Shown: positions 1-8,942 of the stretch, one piece after another
Numbering within the stretch: position 1 is the stretch's first letter
Layout: each line of letters starts with the position of its first letter
Source of the DNA: a virus
Taxonomy: Duplodnaviria; Caudoviricetes
Strand: one strand, 5' to 3'
Length of the DNA: 64,000 nucleotides
IMG/VR virus record: IMGVR_UViG_3300021091_000011
The notes under the pieces: generated by a model
Databases searched by the model: none
What the model saw: only the letters and a program-made list of their open reading frames with translations
What the model was told of the DNA's origin: nothing
Translations under genes and position numbers: made by a program

Positions 1-55
1 GGTCACGCAGCGCCGAAGAAATCTCGGAAGGAACAGAAACACGCTTAGTCGCCAT
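1..55 (-). CDS. Partial CDS running off the left edge (MATKRVSVPSEISSALRD...)
   Basis: ATG at 55-53 with GGGAG upstream; open frame to the window edge. Confidence 0.5.
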   Translation of the reverse strand, partial: MATKRVSVPSEISSALRD

Positions 56-165
56 AGTAGTTAGACTCCCAAAGTTGGTTGATACTATCCGACCCGTTTT
101 GTGGGCGGCTGAAAATCAAGATAAGCAGTAAGTTTGGTCTTGTAAAGAAGTTTGATGAAAAAAGT

Positions 166-384
166 TTAGAGCCGCTTCGCTTTTTCGTTCAAGCCCTTTG
201 TGCGGGGCACTTCGGGCGCATCTTGTTCCTCTCCATACGAATCCCGAACAGGCGGGAAAAGCGAGCCGTCGCTCATATCCTCAGTACGGCGATGCCCATA
301 CTCGACGGAACCCTCTTCCCACCCATTAGCGCCTCGTTCACCCTCTAACCAACGAGCGACGATCCGACGTGCCGAAGGTCGCAT
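166..384 (-). CDS. Small hypothetical protein with N-terminal PSARRIVARW tag
   Basis: ATG overlaps the upstream stop (TAATG); begins MRPSARRIVARWLEG, matching the recurrent RVAxR[YFW] motif. Confidence 0.55.
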   Translation of the reverse strand: MRPSARRIVARWLEGERGANGWEEGSVEYGHRRTEDMSDGSLFPPVRDSYGEEQDAPEVPRTKGLNEKAKRL

Positions 385-563
385 TAGAAACCGTTGCCCG
401 CGATGAACAATCGCGTCGCACCGCCCGTCGGCGGGCAGCACATATTAGGCTGCTTCGCCCCCGCCGCAGCGTCACTCAACGCGACCTTCAAGATCACGTT
501 GCCACGCTGAAAACGATTGATAGGAGGGGAAGGATACTGCGCCGACGTTGTTGAACGCGCCAT
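384..563 (-). CDS. Small hypothetical protein (59 aa)
   Basis: Hand-translated ORF MARSTTSAQYPSPP...IAGNGF downstream of the late-promoter-like motif at 602-615. Confidence 0.45.
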   Translation of the reverse strand: MARSTTSAQYPSPPINRFQRGNVILKVALSDAAAGAKQPNMCCPPTGGATRLFIAGNGF

Positions 564-615
564 GAGGCTACTCCACGCTAAGGTTGCAAACCTAGCCGCA
601 GGATAGCCGCATTAT

Positions 616-1011
616 TTAGTAGTCGTAGCGGTCGTCGTATCGGTCATCGACGTCGTAGTCGTAATCTTCCTGACCACGATCCTCCAGATACTCTTCGCCA
701 AGGCTTTCGGCCTCGGACTTGGTCAAATCAATCGGATACCACAACCCGTTATCACGGAGGAAGTACGCGCCATAAGCCGTGGCCGACTCGTCCCATGAAG
801 GGTCGTCCCATCCGCCGTTCTGCGCGGGCTCGTACTCAATGTCGTAGGAGATCGTCAACTCGTGGTCGTCGTCCCCTCGGGTGATCGTCCCCTCGTATTG
901 TCCCGGAGGGCTCCGCAGCGGCGTGACCCGATTGCCCGCGCAATGCGCGTCAAGAGCGGCGAGTCGGGCATTCACGGCCTGCTTCTTGTCCTTGCACTTG
1001 TAGCTGTTCAT
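616..1011 (-). CDS. Acidic hypothetical early protein
   Basis: 131-aa ORF with GAGG RBS, directly downstream of the early element at 1036-1078. Confidence 0.75.
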   Translation of the reverse strand: MNSYKCKDKKQAVNARLAALDAHCAGNRVTPLRSPPGQYEGTITRGDDDHELTISYDIEYEPAQNGGWDDPSWDESATAYGAYFLRDNGLWYPIDLTKSEAESLGEEYLEDRGQEDYDYDVDDRYDDRYDY

Positions 1012-1035
1012 CGAAGCCTCCTAGTCTAGTTGGGG

Positions 1036-1078
1036 TTACACCATCCAAACGGTTTGGGACCGCTTGGAAAACCGAAAA
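1036..1078 (-). promoter_or_regulatory. Early promoter-like half element (TTTTCGGTTTTC-N12-AACCGTTTGGATGGTGTAA)
   Basis: Conserved motif repeated 13 times in the window, always 5' of a small gene or the tRNA operon. Confidence 0.8.
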
Positions 1079-1081
1079 TCG

Positions 1082-1219
1082 TCAGTTCTTCGCGCTATCC
1101 TCGATGAAGAGGCTGCGTGCGCGGCGTACCGCGCGGATCGCGGCCTTGCGAGCCGCCTTGGATCGCACGATTCCCGCCTCGGTGCGGGCGGTGGCAATCT
1201 TGTTGTCGCGGAACTTCAT
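1082..1219 (-). CDS. Small basic early protein (45 aa, MKFRDNKIATART...)
   Basis: ATG with AGGGAGG RBS just downstream of the cassette at 1251-1347. Confidence 0.65.
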   Translation of the reverse strand: MKFRDNKIATARTEAGIVRSKAARKAAIRAVRRARSLFIEDSAKN

Positions 1220-1250
1220 CGAATCCTCCCTAGAAAGTGGTTTCTTGCGC

Positions 1251-1347
1251 TTACACCATCCAAACGGTTGATTCGGACTAGGAAAACCGAAAAAACGACG
1301 TCGATTTTCGGTTTTTCGTGGGTGGCCTAACCGTTTGGATGGTGTAA
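1251..1347. promoter_or_regulatory. Bidirectional early promoter cassette (two back-to-back half elements, 97 bp)
   Basis: TTACACCATCCAAACGGTT...GAAAACCGAAAA...TTTTCGGTTTTT...AACCGTTTGGATGGTGTAA between divergent genes. Confidence 0.85.
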
Positions 1348-1379
1348 GCGACACTATCAAAGCCCGACAGGAGTGAGTA

Positions 1380-1736
1380 ATGTCCGTCACGTTTTTCACA
1401 GGCTCGGACGCCGACTTTGACGCGCCCGACGTGAACTTCTCGAACGCCAACGCGCGCAATCTGCTCGCGCTTATCAAAATCGACGTCGAAGAAGACGACG
1501 GCCTTTGCGGTGAAATCCCGCACGACCAAATCGCTAACGTGCGCCGCGAGATTACCCGCGCACGCAATAGCGATAGGTCGCAAGCAGTCTCGCCCACCAC
1601 CATATCGCGTGAAGCCAACGGCCCACTCGTGATCGACATCGGCTCGACCGACGATCAAGTGCTCCGCAGGCTGGACGCACTAGATATGGTGCTAGATTAC
1701 GCGCAAAAGAAAGGTTGCACCGTCTATTGGGGATAA
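1380..1736 (+). CDS. Hypothetical early protein
   Basis: 118-aa ORF with AGGAG RBS downstream of the cassette. Confidence 0.8.
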   Translation: MSVTFFTGSDADFDAPDVNFSNANARNLLALIKIDVEEDDGLCGEIPHDQIANVRREITRARNSDRSQAVSPTTISREANGPLVIDIGSTDDQVLRRLDALDMVLDYAQKKGCTVYWG

Positions 1737-1980
1737 AGTGGGGATAAAGCCACTATCCAAGCGGCTAAAGCATCGTGGACCATTTAGTAAACCTGCAAAG
1801 AGGCGAGGAAATCATCGCCTACATTTTATTCCCTGACGTCGGCCAACGAAAATGGTTCGTTTGCTACTTCATGGGATTCATAGGACGCACAAATCTCGTT
1901 CAGATTCGCGTGATGGTAGGACATAGGACGCATTACCTAGTTATTAGGCGTGAGTGTATCCGCAAAATGAGGCTCATTCG

Positions 1981-2283
1981 ATGAATGATGAACATGATGA
2001 CGATCCCTTCGGCATTCTCGCGCTCTTAAAGCCGAAGCCCGCGAGCAAGCCTCGCACGGACTATATCTATGGGCAGGCTCAGGTCTGCGATGAAGCAATC
2101 TTAGAGGGGAACGCGCGCATCGGCGGGTTCGCCAAAGTCTATGGCGGGCACTTCAAAGGTGAAGCGCGCATCGGTGGATTCGCTAGAATCTACGGAGGCG
2201 TTTGGGACGGCACCGAAGGCGTTATCGTCAGCGGCTCTTGGAATGCCCCTAATCAGCCCCGCCTAGAAACACGGCCAATCTAG
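1981..2283 (+). CDS. Short hexapeptide-repeat (left-handed beta-helix-like) protein
   Basis: ARIGGFAKVYGG repeats and C-cap GGVWDGTEGVIVSGSW homologous to the proteins at 3336 and 4141. Confidence 0.75.
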   Translation: MNDEHDDDPFGILALLKPKPASKPRTDYIYGQAQVCDEAILEGNARIGGFAKVYGGHFKGEARIGGFARIYGGVWDGTEGVIVSGSWNAPNQPRLETRPI

Positions 2284-2306
2284 CCCTGACGTTTTCAAGG
2301 TCAGTA

Positions 2307-3275
2307 TCACAATGGAGGCAAGATATGGGCATGAAATACTCCTTGAAGTATATCGTGCCCTAAAAGCGTGATAAAAACAACTACAAAGTTACGAGGACTC
2401 AGAACTCCTCGACCCACAAAGGGACCGAAGGCCGAACGAACACCACGTCCGAAACGTGGTTGGGACAAACCACGCATATATTTCGTTGTTCTTGCTTTTG
2501 CTTCGACGAGTTTATCCCATTGTTCTTCGGCATTTTGCTTTAGGCTCTCATATTTAGATGACTTTTCAAGGTTTAGACTGATACCGCCGATAGAGTAGTC
2601 AAACTCATTTGCAGTCCAATTATAAGCCAAGGCTTGCGCGGCGTTTACTAATGCTCCCCACAGGATAGAAGCCTTCCAAGCGGGCTTCTGTTGGCAGAGC
2701 CGATCTAAGTTGTTGAGTTCTTCCGTCTCGGGCGGGTGGGCGTTCCACTTCCAGAGGGCGATCTCTAAATACTCGGCGAACTCTGCATCCTCCCAAATGT
2801 AGCCGAAGACCTGATTGTAACAACCAACCTCGCCTTCGGACTTAGGTGGAGCGAACCTATAATTTTTGTCGGGGTTATTATCGCGTGTGAGAATCCGCAT
2901 TTTGTTAATCAGGTCTGCGACGCATCCAGAGTATGCGGATTCGGACGTGACGACGGACGCGGAGACGACGCCGAACTCTTGGACAGCACCTTCTTGTGCT
3001 GACGCAGCGGTTTCCCGAAAGAGCCAACGGATGCGATAGTCGCCGGGCGCGGCGTTAGACGGCACTTGAAGTGCGGCGTAATACTCGCCCACAGCCGGAT
3101 TGACCGGAGTGCGCGCATTGGAGCCGATCAAGACTTCGGCTTGCGTCGAGGGGTCTACCAGATAGATCGCGTAGGTGATTTGGTAGACGTTAAGGGGGTT
3201 GCCAGAGGCGTTGGACAGGAAGATGTCCAAGTCCCCACGACCGAGCAATTGGCCTTGCGTAAAGACGACGGACAT
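2307..3275 (-). CDS. Putative virion head-completion/neck (head-tail adaptor-like) protein
   Basis: 322-aa ORF; Ig-like N-terminus plus helical C-terminal part (EFDYSIGGISLNLEKSSKY) reminiscent of adaptor proteins; late motif upstream; function inferred. Confidence 0.55.
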   Translation of the reverse strand: MSVVFTQGQLLGRGDLDIFLSNASGNPLNVYQITYAIYLVDPSTQAEVLIGSNARTPVNPAVGEYYAALQVPSNAAPGDYRIRWLFRETAASAQEGAVQEFGVVSASVVTSESAYSGCVADLINKMRILTRDNNPDKNYRFAPPKSEGEVGCYNQVFGYIWEDAEFAEYLEIALWKWNAHPPETEELNNLDRLCQQKPAWKASILWGALVNAAQALAYNWTANEFDYSIGGISLNLEKSSKYESLKQNAEEQWDKLVEAKARTTKYMRGLSQPRFGRGVRSAFGPFVGRGVLSPRNFVVVFITLLGHDILQGVFHAHILPPL

Positions 3276-3314
3276 AAAAAAGCCCCTAGTACGATCAACG
3301 CACTAGGGGCTTTT
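3276..3314 (-). terminator. Intrinsic terminator hairpin
   Basis: AAAAGCCCCTAGT/ACTAGGGGCTTTT inverted repeat followed by a U-tract on the minus strand. Confidence 0.75.
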
Positions 3315-3315
3315 G

Positions 3316-3329
3316 GATAGCCGTATTAG
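3316..3329 (-). promoter_or_regulatory. Putative late promoter CTAATACGGCTATC
   Basis: Exact match to the recurrent CTAANNCGGCTATC motif. Confidence 0.6.
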
Positions 3330-3335
3330 CGGGAA

Positions 3336-4103
3336 TCAGGCCGGAACGCCAGGCTCTCGCCACTTGCCCGAAGTGATCTCACCCTCGGAGCCGTCCCATT
3401 CGCCGCCGAGGATAATCGCCGTACCGCCGATTCTGGCCCTGCCAAAGCATCTGGCTTCGCCTCTAACCAAGGCACTCTCGTACACCTTGGCGTTGCCGTA
3501 CACCTCGGCGTCGTCCCACACCAAGGCGTTGCCGAACACTTGGGCATTGCCGTACACCTTGGCGTTGCCGTCCACATGGGCTATGCCATACACATAAGCT
3601 CTGTCATACACCTCGGCTTTGCCTCTCACCTCGGCGTTGCCGTACACCACGGCATTGCCGTACACCTGGGCGTCGCCGCCCACAATGGCGTTGTCGGACA
3701 CATTGGCGTCGCCGTACACCTTGGCGTTGCCGTACACCTTGGCGTCGTCCCACACCCAGGCTTCGTCGTACACCTTGGCGTTGCCTTTCACATCGGCTTT
3801 GCCGTACACCTGGGCGTCGTCGGACACCACGGCATTGCCGTACACCTGGGCGTCGTCGGACACCACGGCATTGCCGTACACCTTGGCGTCGCCCTTCACC
3901 AAGGCGTCGCCGAACACCTTGGCGTTTCCGGTCACAATGGCATTATCAAAGATGTGCTTCCCAGGGATGTTTACATCAACAGAAGCCGACCTGCTCAGAC
4001 CCTGAAGTCCAACAAGAATAGCCTTTCTCTCGGACGAACCGACGGGCAGGCTAGAAGCCAACTTGATCAGAGCAGAACGGTCGCTTGAACTCAACTTACG
4101 CAT
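3336..4103 (-). CDS. Tagged hexapeptide-repeat protein (VYGNAK-type left-handed beta-helix)
   Basis: About 30 [VI]YG[ND]AxV hexads after the shared ~30-aa N-terminal tag. Confidence 0.9.
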   Translation of the reverse strand: MRKLSSSDRSALIKLASSLPVGSSERKAILVGLQGLSRSASVDVNIPGKHIFDNAIVTGNAKVFGDALVKGDAKVYGNAVVSDDAQVYGNAVVSDDAQVYGKADVKGNAKVYDEAWVWDDAKVYGNAKVYGDANVSDNAIVGGDAQVYGNAVVYGNAEVRGKAEVYDRAYVYGIAHVDGNAKVYGNAQVFGNALVWDDAEVYGNAKVYESALVRGEARCFGRARIGGTAIILGGEWDGSEGEITSGKWREPGVPA

Positions 4104-4140
4104 GGGGGGTCAAACCTTCTTGTGTTCTAGGCTAGGGGAC

Positions 4141-5451
4141 TCAGGCGGGAACGTCAGGGGCTTCCCACTTACCTGAAGTGATTTCGCCTTCGGAGCCGTC
4201 CCATTCGCCGCCGAGGATAATCGCCGTACCGCCGATGCGGGCGTCTCCGTATATCTCGGCGCGACCGTACACCTTGGCGTTGCCGTATATCTCGGCGTCG
4301 TCGTACACCATGGCAAGGCCATACACCTCGGCCCTGTCGTACACCCTGCCGCTAATCACCTTGGCGCCGCCGTACACCTGGGCGTCGTCGGACACCACGG
4401 CTTTGCCGTACACCTCGGCGCCGCCGTACACCTGGGCGTCTCCGTAAACTTCGGCGTTGTCGTACACATGGGCGTTGTCGTACACAATGGCTTTGCCGTA
4501 CACCTTGGCTTCGTCCCTCACCTGGGCGCCGCCGGACACCTTGGCGTTGTCGTACACCTTGGCCTTGCCCTTCACCTTGGCGTCGTCGGACACCTTGGCG
4601 TTGCCGGACACCTCGGCGTCTTCGTACACCCGAGCGTCGCTAAACACCGAGGCTTTGCCGTACACCTCGGCGCTGCCGTACACCTTGGCTTTGCCGTACA
4701 CCTGGGCGTTGTCGTACACATGGGCGTTGTCGTACACAATGGCTTCGTCCCTCACCTGGGCGCCGCCGGACACCTTGGCGTTGTCGTACACCTTGGCCTT
4801 GCCCTTCACCTTGGCGTTGCCGGACACCTTGGCGTTGCCGGACACCTCGGCGTCTTCGGACACCTTGGCGGCGTTGAAGATATGCTTTCCAGGAATGTTG
4901 TAATTTCCCGAAGCCTTCTTGCTTGAACTCTGAAGTCTAACAAGAATCGCCTTTCTCTCGGTAGAACCGACGGGAAGGCTAGAGGCCAAGCGAATCAACG
5001 CAGAACGGTCAGAGGCGGTAAGTTTACGCGAGGCCATTTTCTTAGCTCCATCTTCAAGATTCGTGAAACCTGAAAAGTCAACCATGTAAGTAGTTCCGTT
5101 GGGAAGCACGATCACGTCGCCCACGGACATACTCGTATGTCCGGTTTTTGAAATCGCGGGCATGGTGTTAGCCTCGCCGTAAGGCGACCAAACTTCACCC
5201 TGCATCATATTGAAGATTTCGCTCAGGTTCGTCTCGTCGACGAGCCCGATGCGTGTATGCGTATTTTCCAAATCAGCGAGAACGGCAGATAAGTCCAAGC
5301 CGCGCGTGCCACGGCTGAACTTGGAAAACAGACCACGATTGTAGTAGAGGATTTGGGTGCGGCCTCGACCGTAACGATCATCACCCGTGACACCACCTGC
5401 GCCTCTCAGGGTGTTGTAACCATTAAAGCCGCCGTCCGAAAAATAGTTCAT
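4141..5451 (-). CDS. Multidomain protein: YodL-like N-domain, internal tag, long hexapeptide-repeat beta-helix
   Basis: Probable start MNYFSDGG at 5451; HTSMSVGDV motif, then SDRSALIRLASSLPVGS tag, then about 40 hexads. Confidence 0.85.
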   Translation of the reverse strand: MNYFSDGGFNGYNTLRGAGGVTGDDRYGRGRTQILYYNRGLFSKFSRGTRGLDLSAVLADLENTHTRIGLVDETNLSEIFNMMQGEVWSPYGEANTMPAISKTGHTSMSVGDVIVLPNGTTYMVDFSGFTNLEDGAKKMASRKLTASDRSALIRLASSLPVGSTERKAILVRLQSSSKKASGNYNIPGKHIFNAAKVSEDAEVSGNAKVSGNAKVKGKAKVYDNAKVSGGAQVRDEAIVYDNAHVYDNAQVYGKAKVYGSAEVYGKASVFSDARVYEDAEVSGNAKVSDDAKVKGKAKVYDNAKVSGGAQVRDEAKVYGKAIVYDNAHVYDNAEVYGDAQVYGGAEVYGKAVVSDDAQVYGGAKVISGRVYDRAEVYGLAMVYDDAEIYGNAKVYGRAEIYGDARIGGTAIILGGEWDGSEGEITSGKWEAPDVPA

Positions 5452-5520
5452 GGGTAATCCCACTTCGTTGAAGGGTCCCCCAAGCCCTAATGATAGCGAT
5501 ACTATCGAAAGGTACAGGTT

Positions 5521-6807
5521 ATGACCGACAAGCCGATCCCTTACACGCTCGCGCAAAACCCTGCACCGAATCCGGCTAATCAAGGCCAAGCCTATCAGCA
5601 GGACAAATCGGCGTTGGTTCAACGCATCATGGCCGCTTTCAGGTCCGTGCTGCCTTCTAACTACGTCGCGGCAACCAACGGCCCTTGGTACTCGTTGCAG
5701 TTTCAAGCCATGGCCGAGCAGTTGGCCGAGATTCAGATTAACGCCAGCGAACTCGCCACGGATTGCGATTGGGATTTCACGCGCTCTGATTTTTTGTGGG
5801 ACTTGCTCGGCGGCGTCGTGTTCCCGAACTCGTCCTCGGGCATCCCTTACATAAACGGCGATGTTGACTATCGGACGTTCCTGCGTCGAATGGTCGAGTT
5901 ACTATTGCAAGGCGCGACCAAAGCCTCGATTCAAGGCGGCATCGAAGCCTTAAACCCGAACGTCACCGCCTATGTGCTCGAAAGATACCTGCAAACGCCG
6001 CCTCGTGACCCGAACGGCGCGTACACGATTGCAGATCAGTTTGCGTTAGACATTCTAATCGACGCCGGAAACTCGTTCCCCGACAATCCGGCGATCTTAC
6101 AAGCCAACATCGAACTCGTACTGCGTGCGCTAAAGCCCGCCCATGTGCTTTGTTCGTATTCGACGCTCTTTCGAGATACTTTCCCGACGCCCGAAGATAA
6201 CGGCGATGCGTTTTCGTGGGACGTTGAGCCGTATTACTACGACGACACTCGCAAGTATTGTCTCGGTGCTAAAGAAATCAGCGGCATCAGCGGCGCGTTC
6301 TTAGCGCGTAGGGATTACTTCTCGGACCCGAGCGTGTCCTTCTCGTCCATTCCGTCCGGCGCGTTGCTTATGATCGGCACGGACCAATACCGTGTTCGCA
6401 GTACGCGGGCATTGCTTACAGGTGCCGATGCGGTCGCAAGGGCGTACACGACATCGCCCTCTGGACTTTCGGGCATGGTCGTCGCTCTCAATGCGACTGA
6501 TTTATACGATGCCGCTCAAGATTGGGGCGCAAGCGCAGTCGAAGGCGAAGTGATTACGATTTTGACGGGGCCGAACTCGGGCGCGTCGTATCGACTTGAG
6601 ACGGTGCTCGGTTCCGACGGTGGGCCTTTGGGCGAGGCCGGATTGTCCGGCAATCGCGTTCGATTGGCACCAACGATCCTCGTGCTGAATCGTCGAGCGT
6701 CGGCTGCTGCGTCTGGTTTGACGTACACGGTCACGGTGGACCGTTTAGGTCAACAGCCCGTGCGTGAAGTCTTGGCCGAAGACGTCGCTATTCAGTTTTG
6801 GTTATAG
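5521..6807 (+). CDS. Putative baseplate wedge subunit (P2 gpI/T4 gp7-like)
   Basis: 428 aa; GDVDYRTFLRRMVELLLQGATKASI and LKPAH signatures typical of myovirus wedge proteins. Confidence 0.7.
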   Translation: MTDKPIPYTLAQNPAPNPANQGQAYQQDKSALVQRIMAAFRSVLPSNYVAATNGPWYSLQFQAMAEQLAEIQINASELATDCDWDFTRSDFLWDLLGGVVFPNSSSGIPYINGDVDYRTFLRRMVELLLQGATKASIQGGIEALNPNVTAYVLERYLQTPPRDPNGAYTIADQFALDILIDAGNSFPDNPAILQANIELVLRALKPAHVLCSYSTLFRDTFPTPEDNGDAFSWDVEPYYYDDTRKYCLGAKEISGISGAFLARRDYFSDPSVSFSSIPSGALLMIGTDQYRVRSTRALLTGADAVARAYTTSPSGLSGMVVALNATDLYDAAQDWGASAVEGEVITILTGPNSGASYRLETVLGSDGGPLGEAGLSGNRVRLAPTILVLNRRASAAASGLTYTVTVDRLGQQPVREVLAEDVAIQFWL

Positions 6808-7201
6808 CCCACGGAGCTTCCGTGAGTACGGAGATTCCGTAGTCGTCCTGCAAGATACGCGAGCACTCGCTCACGGCTTCGTCTCGGGTCGTGAACGGAC
6901 CAATCTCCATGATTGAATCCGCGTCCATCAAGACCGCCTGAAAGAACGACGGGTCAGACCTGTATATACGAGCGACGGGCCGATTCGACCCGACCGACTT
7001 TAGCGCGATGGCAAGCGCATAAGGGTTGCTCTCGTACTCCGCGTACAAATCAATATCGACGATGAACGCGGCGTCGCCATTGTCGTAAATGGGTGGCGGG
7101 TAAAAAGAAGAAGGTTCCGCATGGAACAAAGCCCGCTCGACGCAAATGCGATTCAGCGGGTCAGCCAGCATCGCCTTTACTATCTTGTACCTTTCGGTCA
7201 C
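6788..7201 (-). CDS. Hypothetical protein
   Basis: 137-aa ORF with protein-like composition in the early block. Confidence 0.65.
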   Translation of the reverse strand: MTERYKIVKAMLADPLNRICVERALFHAEPSSFYPPPIYDNGDAAFIVDIDLYAEYESNPYALAIALKSVGSNRPVARIYRSDPSFFQAVLMDADSIMEIGPFTTRDEAVSECSRILQDDYGISVLTEAPWAITKTE

Positions 7202-7553
7202 GCAATTCTCCGAACTTTGCTTCTAGCATTTTAAGCCCCATACGCCTCACACGATACCCCAAAATCTCATCGTTGTCTCTATCGTTGTAGTAAAGGGCTT
7301 CAGCCAAGCAGTTAGCGAGTTCTTTTCGCGTCGCCTCAAGTACGGCGTTTCCAATCTCGTCTAATTCTTCCTCGGTGATCTTCGATAGCAACTGAAGCGA
7401 AAGCGAATCGTTGTCAATCGCGGCTTGCCTTATCGCCTCGCGCACGCTTTCAAACGATTCCGCGTAAAGTCCGGAAACGCGGTCGTACTCGTCTACGCAT
7501 CCCGGACAAACAAGGTTAGAGATAGATAGTAACCACTTCGCTGACGTTGCCAT
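7161..7553 (-). CDS. Hypothetical protein
   Basis: Open frame, start uncertain (overlaps both neighbours by about 40 nt). Confidence 0.5.
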   Translation of the reverse strand: MATSAKWLLSISNLVCPGCVDEYDRVSGLYAESFESVREAIRQAAIDNDSLSLQLLSKITEEELDEIGNAVLEATRKELANCLAEALYYNDRDNDEILGYRVRRMGLKMLEAKFGELRDRKVQDSKGDAG

Positions 7554-7674
7554 CGGATTCGACCTCGGGTTCATCCTCGCCGATGACGATCACACGGCGA
7601 GGCTCCCTCTCTTGCTTCTTTACCTCCACAGGGGGTGGTGGCGGTGGTAGCGGTAGTTGAAGATCGTTACTCAT
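7516..7674 (-). CDS. Small Pro-rich hypothetical protein
   Basis: ATG with GGAAGGGGG RBS; MSNDLQLPLPPPPPP... Confidence 0.55.
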   Translation of the reverse strand: MSNDLQLPLPPPPPPVEVKKQEREPRRVIVIGEDEPEVESDGNVSEVVTIYL

Positions 7675-7794
7675 AGATTCCCCCCTTCCATCTGAGAATT
7701 GCGTTTGCGAAGCGTTCTTCGCGCTCGATCTCGGTCCTGCGTTTGTGGCGCAGTACCCATATAATAGTTCCAATAGCCATTATTACGCCGACCG

Positions 7795-8220
7795 TCATCC
7801 CGCGTACCCCGCGATACCCTGAATCGACGTGCCGCCGCCGCCGCCGTGCATCCCGTCAAAGCGACCCGCGTTCGGGTTCGCCGTGAACCCGCGCACGGGC
7901 TTATCGAACTCACGGTGCTTCAGCTTGAAGCCGTAGGCCGCGAGTTCGGCCTTGATGTTCGCCACGATCTTTTGCGTCGTCGCGTTCAACACTTGAAGTT
8001 CGAACGCCGTGTATTCCTCACGGTCGTTGTCTGCCAAGTGCTCTGCGAACGCCTCGACCGAAGCAAACTCCGGCTCCTTCGGATTCAGCCCGCCGAAGCG
8101 GACCAGCCCCGTCTGAACAGGCTCGGCGACTTCACGCCGCATCGCACGCCGCTCGGCGCGCTCTTCGGCAATCTGGTCTTCACGGTCTTGATTGTGGGGG
8201 ACGAAACCGATGCGGCGCAT
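7795..8220 (-). CDS. Hypothetical early protein
   Basis: MRRIGFVPHNQ... with AGGAG RBS abutting the early element at 8231. Confidence 0.8.
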   Translation of the reverse strand: MRRIGFVPHNQDREDQIAEERAERRAMRREVAEPVQTGLVRFGGLNPKEPEFASVEAFAEHLADNDREEYTAFELQVLNATTQKIVANIKAELAAYGFKLKHREFDKPVRGFTANPNAGRFDGMHGGGGGTSIQGIAGYAG

Positions 8221-8230
8221 GGCAGGCTCC

Positions 8231-8273
8231 TTACACCATCCAAACGGTCGGCAACCGCTTGGAAAACCGAAAA
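8231..8273 (-). promoter_or_regulatory. Early promoter-like half element (tandem with 8297)
   Basis: TTACACCATCCAAACGGT-N12-GAAAACCGAAAA. Confidence 0.8.
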
Positions 8274-8296
8274 TCGGCGGGAGCACCATGCCCCGC

Positions 8297-8393
8297 TTAC
8301 ACCATCCAAACGGTTCAAGTCGGGCTAGAAAACCGAAAATCGACGTCACTTTTTCGGTTTTCTAGGGCCTGCCCGACCGTTTGGATGGTGTAA
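8297..8393. promoter_or_regulatory. Bidirectional early promoter cassette (97 bp)
   Basis: Two back-to-back half elements between divergent genes 7795-8220 and 8412-8927. Confidence 0.85.
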
Positions 8394-8411
8394 GCACAAC
8401 CTCAAGGAGCG

Positions 8412-8927
8412 ATGAACATGGAACACTTCAACGGAAAGGACATCTTCGCGGCAATCGCCGCGAAGTTCGACTACATCCCCCGCCCCCACACTACCGGCCA
8501 CGTCACGGACTACGACGTGTCTAGGCTGATCTCCGGACTTCTCGACTCCCTTGCGGAGATTGAGAACGTCTACTTCACCAAGCCAAACCGGAAAGGGCGC
8601 GACCGTCTGACCGCTGCGGAGTTCATCACGGAGACGGTCAATTTGACAATCGCGGACTACCGCGAAAACTATGAGCGGCCCGCGCCCGCCGATCTCATGC
8701 GCGGCTTGCAGGACATCGCGGCGACGCTCACGCAAGACGCCGTCCGCGAGGCTTGCGCCGCGTTGGAAGAGCGGGTCAGCGTTGACGTTTGCCACTTCTT
8801 TGGCGACATCGACGACTTGATGACGGGCAGGCTTGAAATCCCTCGGAATTTCCTGCGCGATCTGATTAGCGAGGGTGCGATGATTATCTCACAGGAGATC
8901 AAGAAGGAAGCGGCAAAGGCCGCTTAA
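8412..8927 (+). CDS. Hypothetical early protein
   Basis: 171-aa ORF with AAGGAG RBS downstream of the cassette. Confidence 0.8.
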   Translation: MNMEHFNGKDIFAAIAAKFDYIPRPHTTGHVTDYDVSRLISGLLDSLAEIENVYFTKPNRKGRDRLTAAEFITETVNLTIADYRENYERPAPADLMRGLQDIAATLTQDAVREACAALEERVSVDVCHFFGDIDDLMTGRLEIPRNFLRDLISEGAMIISQEIKKEAAKAA

Positions 8928-8942
8928 GGCTTCTTGATTGCG

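Noticed and set aside
2307-2400. Hydrophobic C-terminal tail of the 322-aa protein as a programmed read-through or frameshift
   Set aside because: There is no in-frame stop or slippery site; it may simply be a lost stop, which cannot be judged without homologues.
3336-4240. Near-identical 3' ends of the two hexapeptide genes as a DGR template/variable pair
   Set aside because: Differences are mostly synonymous third-position changes, not adenine-specific; both copies are coding; there is no reverse transcriptase in the window.
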